Made by a program: the position numbers and the translations under genes
Notes under the pieces: generated by a model
Told to the model about the DNA's origin: nothing
Database searches by the model: none
Seen by the model: the letters and a program-made list of their open reading frames with translations, nothing else
Shown here: positions 1 through 9,735 of the stretch, in pieces
How the letters are laid out: each line of letters starts with the position of its first letter
How positions within the stretch are numbered: the first letter of the stretch is position 1
Source: an uncultured Pseudobdellovibrionaceae bacterium
Lineage (GTDB): Bacteria > Bdellovibrionota > Bdellovibrionia > Bdellovibrionales > UBA1609
Direction: 5' to 3'
Length of the DNA stretch: 64,000 nucleotides
Assembly (NCBI GenBank): GCA_963803705.1
Contig: CAWDNU010000001.1
Coordinates: forward strand, 128,001 to 192,000

Positions 1-2
1 CT

Positions 3-305
3 GAAATAGTAGAGCCTGTCGAAGATTCGACTGCATCGGAAATCAAAAATATAGCAGATAAAAAAATAAGTCAGGTGATCACCTTAGAACCCTTGGCTAA
101 AACTTTGGTATTTGTGAAGGTTGATGACGCTGAAAATCAGAAAATAATTCTGCGACCAGATATAAACAAAACTTTTCAAGCATACAATAAAATCAAACTT
201 GTTATACAGGACGGTGGAGCCGTAAATATAATACACAATAATAAAGACATTGGTGTCCCTGGTGTTTTCGGGCAAGAGATTGAATTGGATTTTCCCAAAA
301 AGTAA
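3..305 (+). CDS. C-terminal part of RodZ-like protein (DUF4115-type domain), 5'-truncated by window edge
   Basis: Frame is open from base 3; ends in a beta-rich domain with 'IQDGGAVNIIHNNKDIG..G', typical of RodZ C-termini. Confidence 0.6.
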   Translation, partial: EIVEPVEDSTASEIKNIADKKISQVITLEPLAKTLVFVKVDDAENQKIILRPDINKTFQAYNKIKLVIQDGGAVNIIHNNKDIGVPGVFGQEIELDFPKK

Positions 306-353
306 ACTGAAAAATTTTACGCTCGTTAAATAAAAGTCTTAAACTAGGTTTAA

Positions 354-1547
354 ATGAAAACAGTTAGTTACTATATAGTGTTTATAGCTTCAGTATACTT
401 AACTTACGGATTAGTTATCAGCCAAGTGAAGATAAAAGCTGATTTCAAAACTCAAAAAAATCTAACCCAAAGCACCTACGATTACAAAGGTGTTATAAAC
501 GTCCACAGTCAGGAAGGATCGGGGCAAGGAACTATACCTGAAATTTTGAAAGCTGCGTACGAAGCGAAGCTAGACTTTATTATATTTACCGAAAGCACAT
601 TTGATGCAGCATCCACAACTGATAACAGATACGAAGAAAATCTGCTTGTTTTGAACGGCCGTGAATATTCCTACCTAAAATCAAAAGTTGTTTTGGTGGA
701 TCCTATGTTTGATTATTCTAAAATCAAAAATGCCGGGGATGCTCATCTTTTTTTGTCGGATTACTTAGAAAACAATAAAGATGGTTTTGTAATTCTTAAA
801 CATCCAAGAAAAGCTGGTTACGAGTGGGAAGGAGAGTTCGCAAGTGGAATAGATGCCATTGAAATTATAAGTCTTAGAAATCATTGGCGAGAGTCATGGG
901 ATTTGTCCAAATGGAATTTCATATCATCACTACTGATGTATCCTTTCAACTCTGAGTATGCGTTTTTAAATATATACCAAGCTCCTAAAAATAACTTAAA
1001 GCTTTGGAACGAAATAGCTCGAGATAGAGAAATAATAGGGCTCATAGGTAGCGATGCAAAGTCTAAGTTAAAATTGTTTGGAAAGCGATTTCTTCGCTTT
1101 CCAACTTATAAACAACTTTTTCTTTTAAGCTCTAATCATATTATTTTAGATTCAGAGCTTACGGGGCAACTTACTGGGGACTCCCTTAAAGTATTTAGTG
1201 CGCTCTCTAAAGGCCAGTTTTACTTTTCTTTGGATTTTCTAGGTGACCCAAAGGGGTTCAATTTCTTTGCTAAAGATTCGTCAAAGAAAAGATTACCAAT
1301 GGGAACCACCGTACAAACTAATAGACTAGAGCTTTGCTATCGGAAACCAGATTCAACTCCTGGAAGATCATGGGCAAAAGTTTATCTTAATGGAAAAGAA
1401 TTTCATAAATTTAAGAAAAATACCTGCATTGCAACTTCAGAGAAAGGCAATTACAACTTAGTCTATTACCGAAAAATTAGACGTCCATGGCCTTTTAAAT
1501 CTATAAGAGTTCCCTGGATATATTCCAACTTTATTTATCACAATTGA
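354..1547 (+). CDS. PHP-domain metallohydrolase with N-terminal membrane anchor
   Basis: 'KGVINVHS', 'LDFIIFTE', 'HP', 'GSDA' PHP-like motifs. Confidence 0.7.
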   Translation: MKTVSYYIVFIASVYLTYGLVISQVKIKADFKTQKNLTQSTYDYKGVINVHSQEGSGQGTIPEILKAAYEAKLDFIIFTESTFDAASTTDNRYEENLLVLNGREYSYLKSKVVLVDPMFDYSKIKNAGDAHLFLSDYLENNKDGFVILKHPRKAGYEWEGEFASGIDAIEIISLRNHWRESWDLSKWNFISSLLMYPFNSEYAFLNIYQAPKNNLKLWNEIARDREIIGLIGSDAKSKLKLFGKRFLRFPTYKQLFLLSSNHIILDSELTGQLTGDSLKVFSALSKGQFYFSLDFLGDPKGFNFFAKDSSKKRLPMGTTVQTNRLELCYRKPDSTPGRSWAKVYLNGKEFHKFKKNTCIATSEKGNYNLVYYRKIRRPWPFKSIRVPWIYSNFIYHN

Positions 1548-1585
1548 TTCCATCAAAAATTTAAAATTTCGAAAGATATAAATAA

Positions 1586-1876
1586 CTACGGAATCATGAC
1601 TGTTAAATCTGATTTAGGTTTGCACTGACAACTTAAGCGCTCGGTCAATTTGAAACCACGATCAACATGCATTTCTTGCTCTAGTTTAGTTTGGCTGGTT
1701 AATTTGCCGTCTATCAGGTGTATCAAACACGTCCCACACGAAGCGTTGCCCCCACAAACATGATTGATCTGAACCTTTGATTTTACAATAGCATCAAGCA
1801 GTATTTGGTTTGAAGACACCACAAGGTCTTTGACGTGAATTTTATTTTTATCAAGAATTTTTAACTTGAATGTCAT
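1586..1876 (-). CDS. 2Fe-2S ferredoxin
   Basis: CGGNASCGTC...RLSCQ motif. Confidence 0.92.
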   Translation of the reverse strand: MTFKLKILDKNKIHVKDLVVSSNQILLDAIVKSKVQINHVCGGNASCGTCLIHLIDGKLTSQTKLEQEMHVDRGFKLTERLSCQCKPKSDLTVMIP

Positions 1877-1964
1877 TAAGACAAATTAATCTATAGAACA
1901 CGAAATGCAAGGCGTTAGTGTCTTTGAGGTTGTCGACAATAAGGTGAAATGGCAAAATTTAAAA

Positions 1965-2573
1965 ATGAGATTTATAGCTTTTGATTTAGAGACAACTGGT
2001 GTTTTTTCGGGAATTGATAGAATTGTCGAAATAGGTATGGTTCGGTTTGAAAATGGAAAACCTACGGACAAATTTGCCTGTTTGGTCGATCCTAAAATGC
2101 ACATACCCGAAGCTGCTTCTAGAATTAACGGTATCAGCAACGACATGGTACAAGGAAAGTCTACAATTGAATCTTTATTAAAACCAATAACCGAGTACTG
2201 TGAAGATGATGTAATGGTGGCTCACAACGCAAATTTTGATTATCAGTTTTTGCTAGCCGATTTTAAGAAGCACAATATCGAGGCTCCTCAAGGTCTGATT
2301 TTTGACACTTTGCCTCTGTCTAGGAAAGTTTTTCCTGGATTAATGAGTTATAAGTTGGCCACAATTGCTAAGCACCTAAATATTAAAACAGATGTGCTTC
2401 ATAGAGCTGATGACGACGCCCGATATTGCGGTTTTGTTTTTCAACAAATTTTGGAAAGACTCTACCAGGGAGTGGAACCTGACTGGGAAGATTTAGTTCA
2501 AGTTGGTGGTCGTCCTCAAATGAAGTTTCCAGTTATTGAAAAAGAGTTAAGACAATTAGATCTTTTTGGCTAA
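1965..2573 (+). CDS. DEDDh 3'-5' exonuclease (DnaQ/epsilon-like) with C-terminal clamp-binding motif
   Basis: FDLETTG, AHNANFD, HRADDDA; ends QLDLFG; start taken at ATG 1965. Confidence 0.9.
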   Translation: MRFIAFDLETTGVFSGIDRIVEIGMVRFENGKPTDKFACLVDPKMHIPEAASRINGISNDMVQGKSTIESLLKPITEYCEDDVMVAHNANFDYQFLLADFKKHNIEAPQGLIFDTLPLSRKVFPGLMSYKLATIAKHLNIKTDVLHRADDDARYCGFVFQQILERLYQGVEPDWEDLVQVGGRPQMKFPVIEKELRQLDLFG

Positions 2574-2578
2574 TGTAT

Positions 2579-2805
2579 TTGGTTTTTTCATAGTACATCT
2601 TCGAAAGTCTTAATTACATATACACGTCAAAAGCGAGTTCTTTGGCGTGAAGCCTTGCTTGATTAGCATGTAGAAACAATCTGAAAAATTTAGCTACGAT
2701 ATTAAAGCTAAAAAAATTTTTGCAAGGCAAATGCTAATACTTGTCTGAGCCTTTTGACGTGTGTATGTAATTAAGACTTTCGAAGATGTACTATGAAAAA
2801 ACCAA
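2579..2805. repeat. Long hairpin element A (55-bp inverted arms, 1 mismatch, 117-bp core)
   Basis: 2579-2633 is the reverse complement of 2751-2805; lies between convergent genes. Confidence 0.95.
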
Positions 2806-2810
2806 GGTTA

Positions 2811-3056
2811 TCAAAGAGATTCTTTGGCGCCAGAGTTGGTACTACTATTATTTTTATTTATAACTTTTTTGCCATACAGTTCTTGTAAATATTTTGCAGC
2901 AACCTCTCTGTCTCTTCTAGAAGTCGTTTTGTCCATTTCTGAATTAGGGTCTTCAACTTCTTTGATCCCACCTCTTATCTGATGCTTAGGATTACCTAAT
3001 GCTAAAGCACTAGCAGACATGTTAAATATTAGTGATATAGTAATTATAACTTTCAC
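2811..3056 (-). CDS. Small secreted protein; positional homologue of the Bdellovibrio hit-locus protein Bd0108
   Basis: Signal peptide (..SASALA), polar tail; directly downstream of the YD-repeat gene at the end of the Tad cluster. Confidence 0.6.
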   Translation of the reverse strand: MKVIITISLIFNMSASALALGNPKHQIRGGIKEVEDPNSEMDKTTSRRDREVAAKYLQELYGKKVINKNNSSTNSGAKESL

Positions 3057-3065
3057 TGTCAGATC

Positions 3066-4739
3066 CTAAATACTTATATCGTCAGCAGCTGGGCCAATAA
3101 CTCTTAATATATTATTAAATATTGTAGCGACTTGAGTGGCTACAGCTGTGCCTTGCTTACTTTTTACGGACGAGATTTCACCTTGATTATTATATTTCAC
3201 AGCTATAGCTCCTAAACCGGGACGACTAAGCACTCTAGGCTTACCCGTTGATTTATCATAGCTTATTTTCAATACTTTTTTAGTATGATCTGCAACCATG
3301 TAAATTCTTCCAGATTGATCGTAGCTTAATTTAGCCGATTCACCCTTAGAGTTAGCGGCTACCTTCAAATTGCAAGATGGCATGTAATAAATGTAGTTGG
3401 TCGTTACCGACGATGCAACTTTACGTTTTAAAAAATTGTCTTGGACAATTTTAGAAACTTTACTACAGGCGTTTTTATAGTAGTATTTTAGGCGCTCGGT
3501 GCTTGTCTTTCTAGTTCTTAATAAACCGTTCGTGTAGTAATTGTAGTAGGCGATGTCTTGACCGTCTTGTTTGTAGATAGGTCGCCCAAAGTCAGCGTGA
3601 TATTTTACGTCTGTCACAATTCCGTTAACTATTGATTTTACTCGAGCTAAATACTTACCAGATTTGTCAGCTTTTTCTTTATGCCAAAATTCGTATTTTG
3701 ATGTGTTGGTGATTTTGCCCTTACATAATTTTTTTACTTCAGACCAATAGTGGTTTCTTGGATCATCTTCAGAGTCTTTATATTTGTAAGTTTCAACGCA
3801 GTTTTGTTGATCGACAAATTGAATAACCCAATCCTTATCCTGATTGTATTTAAACGATTTAGTAGTTTTATCTGGATATTTTGCTTCTGTCATATTGTGT
3901 AGATCATCATACTTATAGGCGTAGCTACCTATCGCCTTGCCTGCCACCGCTACAAGGTCATGAGCCCTGTACCTGTAGAAAACCACAATATTGGCCGGTG
4001 TTGCAACAATTTTTGAAACTTTAGAGTTATTCTTGTTATAAGCGAAATCGAATCTTCTTGATTTATTGTCTATTACGCTAACCAATTTATTATTTGCATA
4101 AGTCAGCTTTATAAAGTTCTTAGAATTATCATACATCGCGACCATGCGGCCCATCTTATCAAACATTTGATAAGTTCCATCGGCTAAAACTCGTTTGTAA
4201 GAATCATCATTTACGATCAAACGTTCAGAACCGCGACCGGAAGTGTAATAGGTCTTTCCCTTGGTAATCTTGCCCTTGAAACCTAGTTCGTTCGCCAATG
4301 CTTCTCGTAAAAATTCGTTATTTTTTAGCTCTTTTTCAAGATTCGTAAAGTACTGTGCTTTTAATCCAGACCCTTTCTTATCCACTTTTACCTTTGTGAT
4401 AATTTGCTTCACGAGCACGTCTAAATTGCCTGATCCAGATTTTTTCGAAGCATAGGTGATCTCTTGCCCACCTCCGCACTCTATAACTTTGATTTTTGAA
4501 TCGGGCGTTACCTCAATCTTAGTTTCAAACCCCGAACACCAACCAAATCCAAAAATACCATCGTATATAGATCTGCTATTGTAAGTCCTTTCAACTTTCA
4601 GGATGTAGCCAGGGCCACCCAAATCCACATCAACAAGTGTTTCGACATAGTTGGCATCTTTCATGTCGATCAAAGCTAAACTCATAGCTGAATAAACTTG
4701 AATAAAGATAATCGCTGAAATTAATTTTAGTTTACTCAT
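3066..4739 (-). CDS. Secreted YD/Rhs-repeat protein (Bd0109-like)
   Basis: Signal peptide; 'ERTYNSRS...GIFGFGW' Rhs N-terminal motif; YD-type repeats (YKYDDLHNM, YDQSGRI, YNNQGEI). Confidence 0.85.
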   Translation of the reverse strand: MSKLKLISAIIFIQVYSAMSLALIDMKDANYVETLVDVDLGGPGYILKVERTYNSRSIYDGIFGFGWCSGFETKIEVTPDSKIKVIECGGGQEITYASKKSGSGNLDVLVKQIITKVKVDKKGSGLKAQYFTNLEKELKNNEFLREALANELGFKGKITKGKTYYTSGRGSERLIVNDDSYKRVLADGTYQMFDKMGRMVAMYDNSKNFIKLTYANNKLVSVIDNKSRRFDFAYNKNNSKVSKIVATPANIVVFYRYRAHDLVAVAGKAIGSYAYKYDDLHNMTEAKYPDKTTKSFKYNQDKDWVIQFVDQQNCVETYKYKDSEDDPRNHYWSEVKKLCKGKITNTSKYEFWHKEKADKSGKYLARVKSIVNGIVTDVKYHADFGRPIYKQDGQDIAYYNYYTNGLLRTRKTSTERLKYYYKNACSKVSKIVQDNFLKRKVASSVTTNYIYYMPSCNLKVAANSKGESAKLSYDQSGRIYMVADHTKKVLKISYDKSTGKPRVLSRPGLGAIAVKYNNQGEISSVKSKQGTAVATQVATIFNNILRVIGPAADDISI

Positions 4740-4751
4740 GAAACTTATCTC

Positions 4752-5654
4752 CTAAACTTTAATTGTAACAATTTTTTTTATCACAAAGCCACCAATAACT
4801 ACCAAAACAAATACGCCTAATAGGGCCAACATGCCCATGGTCGTGGTAAATAGTGGTTCGATAAACTTTGGATCCATGACTTTGAATATAAGTAGTAGTA
4901 AAAAAGGAACACATGAAATAATAATACCTTGCATAGTGCCCTGGGCGGTCATGGCTTCAATTTTTTTCTCTACCTTTTGTCTTTCTCGGACAACCATATT
5001 TATGGTCTCGAAAGTTTCTCCCAAATTGCCGCCCGTTTCTTTTAAAATATTTATGGAGGTCACAAGCATTTGTACGTCTTGTCTTGGAACTCTGTCTCCG
5101 AAGACGTTCAGTGAGTCCTCCACAGTCATGCCAAGGCGAATTCTAGCCAAAGCATTACTGAACTCTTGAGCTAAGGGTCCGCTCATATTTTCAGTTACTC
5201 GTTCCATAGCTTGGGTGACACTTCGCCCAGCTTTTACGCTGTTAGCCATTATTGTCATACCATCTACCATTTGTTCTACAACACGACCACAGCGTTTTTG
5301 ATACATAGAATTTATATATACAACTGGAATCTTTATACCTGCAAAAACAGCTGCAATGGCCATGAAAAATCCTAGTTGAACATTTGGCCAACAAAAAAGA
5401 AAAACTATAGATCCTAAACCGTAGCTTAACAACAGTAAGGTCCACAGCAATTTTTTATGTTCGACTTGAGTATCCATAAGATCGAATAGGTTTTCGATTT
5501 CATCTTTAGAGGCCAACGTCTTTTTTTCCATATAATTATATATTATAGGGCTGCCAAAAAGAGAGGCCGTAAAAATAGCTAAACCAAATAAGGGTAAGGC
5601 GATCCAGGTTTGACCGAATATTCCTGATAATTGGCTTAAAAAATCTTGTTCCAT
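4752..5654 (-). CDS. tadB: Tad pilus inner-membrane platform protein
   Basis: T2SS-F family motif 'ETGGNLGETFE', transmembrane helices, follows tadA. Confidence 0.9.
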   Translation of the reverse strand: MEQDFLSQLSGIFGQTWIALPLFGLAIFTASLFGSPIIYNYMEKKTLASKDEIENLFDLMDTQVEHKKLLWTLLLLSYGLGSIVFLFCWPNVQLGFFMAIAAVFAGIKIPVVYINSMYQKRCGRVVEQMVDGMTIMANSVKAGRSVTQAMERVTENMSGPLAQEFSNALARIRLGMTVEDSLNVFGDRVPRQDVQMLVTSINILKETGGNLGETFETINMVVRERQKVEKKIEAMTAQGTMQGIIISCVPFLLLLIFKVMDPKFIEPLFTTTMGMLALLGVFVLVVIGGFVIKKIVTIKV

Positions 5655-5676
5655 ACTTATTTTTAGACCTCTGCGC

Positions 5677-7869
5677 CTATTCGCCGCTTGCTTTTTTTAC
5701 TTGCGCTATTTTTCTTCGAACCGGCATCGCTGTTTTATTTTGAATTTCAGGCACTTTTTCATTTGAAAATATGCTTCGAGGAATTTGAACTCCCCTTGCC
5801 TCAAACTTTTCAATGAATGTTGGTACTAGACCAGTCGACTGAAAAGAGCCGATGATCTTTCTTTTTTTGTCGAACCCTTCTTCTTTAAATTTAAATATTT
5901 CAGATAATGTAACTACATCACCCTGCATACCGACGACTTCAGTTATTGCTTTAATTTTTCGACTTCCATCACTTAATCTGCCAATTTGAACAATCAGATT
6001 CACAGCACTCGCTATCTGCTCTCTGATAGCTCGCATTGGTAGATCCATTCCAGCCATCAGACATAATGTCTCTAGTCGTCCAATAGCCTCTTTGGGGTTA
6101 TTGGCGTGGACAGTTGTCATAGAGCCATCGTGACCAGTGTTCATAGCTTGCAGCATGTCTAGAGCAGCTCCATCACGACACTCACCAACCACAATACGAT
6201 CTGGTCTCATTCTTAGAGAGTTTCGGACTAAGTCCCTGATTGTGATCGCATTAGAGCCATCCATGCCTGCTGGACGGGTTTCTAACCTTACTACGTGTTC
6301 CTGTTTCATCTGCAATTCTGCAGCATCCTCAACAGTAACTATACGTTCATTCGATGGAATAAAGCCTGACATGGTATTTAGCAATGTAGTCTTACCCGAG
6401 CCTGTGCCGCCAGAAATGACGATGTTCAAACCTTGTTCGACACAAATTCTAAGAAAATCGACCATGCTTTTGCTCATGGACCCCCAAGCTAAATAATTTT
6501 CATAAGTTATACTTTCCTTTGAAAACTTTCTGATTGTTAAAGCAGGACCATCAATAGCTAATGGTTCGATAACTGCATTTACTCGGCTACCGTCAGCAAG
6601 TCTTGCATCAACGTAAGGGTTTTTATCGGTAATTTGTCGCCCCAATGGCATGACAATTCTTTGAATAACATTACGTAATTGTAGATTGCTAGTAAACCTT
6701 GAAGGACTTAGTACAACCTTACCACTTTTTTCTACAAAAATTTTTTCGCAGCCATTGACCATTATTTCTGTGATAGATACATCATCTAGTAGCTCTTCAA
6801 GAGGACCTAGTTTAAGAGCCTCGTCCAAAATTTCCTTAATAGTCTGTGTCCTCAAATCCCTATTTAACCCTGGCGAAAATTGATCGAGCAGTTTTGTTAT
6901 AATTCTCTGTGCCTTCAGTTCTAACAGTCTTTCTTTTTCGGGATCCCCTTTTGTGTCATTTAGATCTTTTTTTAAATCTGAATCTTTTATAAGTTCTGAA
7001 TGGATCTGCACTTTCAGCTGAAGATGGTCGTTAGTGATTTTACTTGCAACTTTAGAGCGCGACGTACTAGAGCTTTCATGTTTCTTTGAAGAGCTTGACT
7101 GGGATAAAGATTTTAATTTTTGTAAAACACCACCCGTTAGTTTTCTAATAACTTCATTATGTGCCATGGACACTGGGTGACGAGGGTTTGAGTAACAAAA
7201 TGGAGATCCATTATTCAATGAATTGTAAACCAGCACGTCGTCCTGCGGGATCGCCGATAACACTGGTCGTCTTAAAGATTCACCAATGGCCCTTGGATTC
7301 AATGCACTGGAGTGCGCTTTGTTTACGACCACCTGGAAAATTTCTGCAGGATAGGTTGCAGTTAATAGCTCATTTAATAACTTTTTAGTTTGAGTTACGG
7401 TCAATATATCCGGCGTCGTTACGATTAAACCAGAACTGATCTCATCCAGTATCTTATATTGTAAGGATGTAAACTGGTTTCCTAGATCAACAATTATAAA
7501 TTTATAAAATTGACTGAAAGTCTGCAAGGCCTTCATAAACAGATCTTCATCGACATTAAACGGAGCTGATGGGTCGGTTATCGCGGCTAAATAATCAATA
7601 CCTGAGCTATGTGTGGTTATATGAGACTTAAAAGTTGCAGGAGTTAACGCAGAGCTGAGATTGCATAAATCACTGATATTTTTTTCTGGTCTCACACCCA
7701 AAATTATATTTTGATCACCACAGGTTTTAGAATCCAAATCGATTAGAAGTGTTCTAGATTTAAGTTCATTCTGAATAGCAATAGCAAAGTTTGCTGCGAA
7801 AATACTTTTTCCGACTCCGCCTTTAGAACCCAAAATACCTATCATATGACAGCCGCTGCTTACCGACAA
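5677..7869 (-). CDS. tadA: Fused CpaE/TadZ (MinD-like) and CpaF/TadA pilus ATPase
   Basis: N-terminal 'GSKGGVGKS'; C-terminal 'GGTGSGKTT', 'LRMRPDRIVVGE', 'MNTGHDG'. Confidence 0.93.
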   Translation of the reverse strand: MSVSSGCHMIGILGSKGGVGKSIFAANFAIAIQNELKSRTLLIDLDSKTCGDQNIILGVRPEKNISDLCNLSSALTPATFKSHITTHSSGIDYLAAITDPSAPFNVDEDLFMKALQTFSQFYKFIIVDLGNQFTSLQYKILDEISSGLIVTTPDILTVTQTKKLLNELLTATYPAEIFQVVVNKAHSSALNPRAIGESLRRPVLSAIPQDDVLVYNSLNNGSPFCYSNPRHPVSMAHNEVIRKLTGGVLQKLKSLSQSSSSKKHESSSTSRSKVASKITNDHLQLKVQIHSELIKDSDLKKDLNDTKGDPEKERLLELKAQRIITKLLDQFSPGLNRDLRTQTIKEILDEALKLGPLEELLDDVSITEIMVNGCEKIFVEKSGKVVLSPSRFTSNLQLRNVIQRIVMPLGRQITDKNPYVDARLADGSRVNAVIEPLAIDGPALTIRKFSKESITYENYLAWGSMSKSMVDFLRICVEQGLNIVISGGTGSGKTTLLNTMSGFIPSNERIVTVEDAAELQMKQEHVVRLETRPAGMDGSNAITIRDLVRNSLRMRPDRIVVGECRDGAALDMLQAMNTGHDGSMTTVHANNPKEAIGRLETLCLMAGMDLPMRAIREQIASAVNLIVQIGRLSDGSRKIKAITEVVGMQGDVVTLSEIFKFKEEGFDKKRKIIGSFQSTGLVPTFIEKFEARGVQIPRSIFSNEKVPEIQNKTAMPVRRKIAQVKKASGE

Positions 7870-7927
7870 AATCTACTCCTTTAAATGTAGACGCTCTTAA
7901 GAATATTAAGAGGTTTTCCTACTGTAT

Positions 7928-7956
7928 CTTTTCGGTACTTTCAGAAAATGACCTGA
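7928..7956 (-). promoter_or_regulatory. Putative sigma-28 (FliA)-type promoter for tadA
   Basis: Minus strand TCAGG..N16..CCGAAAAG upstream of tadA. Confidence 0.4.
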
Positions 7957-7970
7957 GTCCAGGAATTCAT

Positions 7971-8126
7971 TTAGGTGCCAGGTTAGGTGCCAGGTTAGGT
8001 GCCAGGTTAGGTGCCAGGTTAGGTGCCAGGTTAGGTGCCAGGTTAGGTGCCAGGTTAGGTGCCAGGTTAGGTGCCAGGTTAGGTGCCAGGTTAGGTGCCA
8101 GGTTAGGTGCCAGGTTAGGTGCCAGG
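7971..8126. repeat. Perfect tandem array, 13 x TTAGGTGCCAGG
   Basis: Counted directly: 156 bp = 13 x 12 bp, between rcpA and tadA. Confidence 0.97.
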
Positions 8127-8175
8127 TTCCGAATGCTGGTTGCAATGCAACATGCATTCGGAACCTGGCACCTAA
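8115..8175. repeat. REP-like palindrome (AGGTGCCAGGTTCCGAATGC...GCATTCGGAACCTGGCACCT), copy 1
   Basis: 22-bp perfect inverted arms; related copies at 17359 and 19096. Confidence 0.9.
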
Positions 8176-8197
8176 AGGCACCTAAATCACCTAGAGG

Positions 8198-9727
8198 CTA
8201 TCGGTCTAGCCTAAACTTTCTTTTGATTTTATCAGCACCTACGCTTGCGCTGCTCTTGATGTACGGAGTGATAAACATAACAAACTGGGCTTGGCTTCTA
8301 TTGTTAGCTTTAGAAGCTAACAGCTTGAACAAAGGTGATCCTCCGCCAGTCTCTTCAGGAGCTCGGTTGTAATCAGTTGAAGACCTGCTTTCCACTAATC
8401 CACCTAAGGCTGCACTTTGGCCAGATCTGACCGTCACTTTTGTGTTTACAACATTTCTAGATGTAAGAGGTCCCTCTGCTGTATTTTCCAATATTTCTCC
8501 GGACGAAAATTTAACATCCATAGCAATAATATCTGACCTAGCTCCGGTGACCTTAGGTTTTACAGTTAAATCGATTCCAACAGGCCGCGGCTGGCCAGTG
8601 GAAGGGCCGTTCAAAGACTGGATTAATACTGGAATTTCTCTTTTGGATTCAAAAAACCCTTCGTTCCCGTCTTCTACAATCATACTGATACTTCTAAGAA
8701 CTCTGGCATGTCCGTGCTCTCTGGCCCAGTTTAGCTTTGGTAGCAAGTTACTAATTACAGCAGCTATTGTTCCAACTGTTGTAGTGGCACCACTAGTGCT
8801 GCGCTCATACCTGTATTGTGTGTCATCCCCAATAGTTGGTATCCACTGAAAGTTAAAACCTCTTTCGTAAGTTTTTGAAAGCTCAACAAAATGTACAACG
8901 ATCTGTACTGTTTTAGGCGGACGACTAGGCGGGTCTGGTTGAATTCTTAGGTGATTTATCACTCGCCCTAAAACGTAGTCTCCATCCGAAATAGCTTTCT
9001 TCTTAATTATTGAACTACCTGGGATTGGGGCTGGGTCTGCAAACTCTGAAACCTCTTTTGGTACATATGCTTGGGCTATACGTAAGGCTTCGTCTCTTTC
9101 GTCTAGATCTCTAGCTATGCCCTCTAAGATGAAAAATGAATTGACCACGCGTACTGAGATTTCAGGATTATTGATATCTCTTTCAATTAAGTTAGCTATC
9201 TTAGTCATAGCTAGTGGACTTAACCTTACTAGACTAACCGCCTGCTTAGGGTATTGCATCACAACAGATACAATTCTGTTCATATCGCTAGGCAAAATAA
9301 TCTGTCCATCAACTACGACTTTGTTATTTAAAACCTTGATTTCGATACCTTCAACATTTCCTAACAAAGACTTTATTTCTTTAGCTACTCGATCTAGGTC
9401 GTTTTTATTTACGAAAAAACGCATCTGCTTTATTATACTACCGTCTTTTCTGTCTACAAAAGTAAGTAGTGTTGAACCTTGCCTAATAGGATTAATTTGT
9501 AGAATTTTTTTTTCATTATCCCAAGCAATCTTTATGTACTTTTCAAAGGCCCTACTTTTAAGTTTAAAGCGGCTTTGGTCTAACATGTCTGGCATCGGAA
9601 TCTCTTCATAAAGTCCTAGCAGTAGATCTTTTTTTTCTAATTCAAACAAAAATCGATCTTGAGTTTTTGAATTACTCAAAGTCGAGATTACTGAACATAT
9701 CAAAAACAGAACTACTTTTAAGTACAC
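8198..9727 (-). CDS. rcpA: Tad pilus secretin (RcpA/CpaC) with BON-like domain
   Basis: Signal peptide; secretin C-terminal 'VRSGQSAALGGL', 'VMFITP'; position in Tad cluster. Confidence 0.85.
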   Translation of the reverse strand: MYLKVVLFLICSVISTLSNSKTQDRFLFELEKKDLLLGLYEEIPMPDMLDQSRFKLKSRAFEKYIKIAWDNEKKILQINPIRQGSTLLTFVDRKDGSIIKQMRFFVNKNDLDRVAKEIKSLLGNVEGIEIKVLNNKVVVDGQIILPSDMNRIVSVVMQYPKQAVSLVRLSPLAMTKIANLIERDINNPEISVRVVNSFFILEGIARDLDERDEALRIAQAYVPKEVSEFADPAPIPGSSIIKKKAISDGDYVLGRVINHLRIQPDPPSRPPKTVQIVVHFVELSKTYERGFNFQWIPTIGDDTQYRYERSTSGATTTVGTIAAVISNLLPKLNWAREHGHARVLRSISMIVEDGNEGFFESKREIPVLIQSLNGPSTGQPRPVGIDLTVKPKVTGARSDIIAMDVKFSSGEILENTAEGPLTSRNVVNTKVTVRSGQSAALGGLVESRSSTDYNRAPEETGGGSPLFKLLASKANNRSQAQFVMFITPYIKSSASVGADKIKRKFRLDR

Positions 9728-9735
9728 TTGCTCTC

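Noticed and set aside
7971..8126. Tandem array as a CRISPR array or telomere-like repeat
   Set aside because: No spacers and no cas genes; internal position; the unit derives from the adjacent REP arm
7906..8181. ORF with a (WHLT)n repeat
   Set aside because: By-product of the stop-free 12-bp tandem array; no RBS or other coding support
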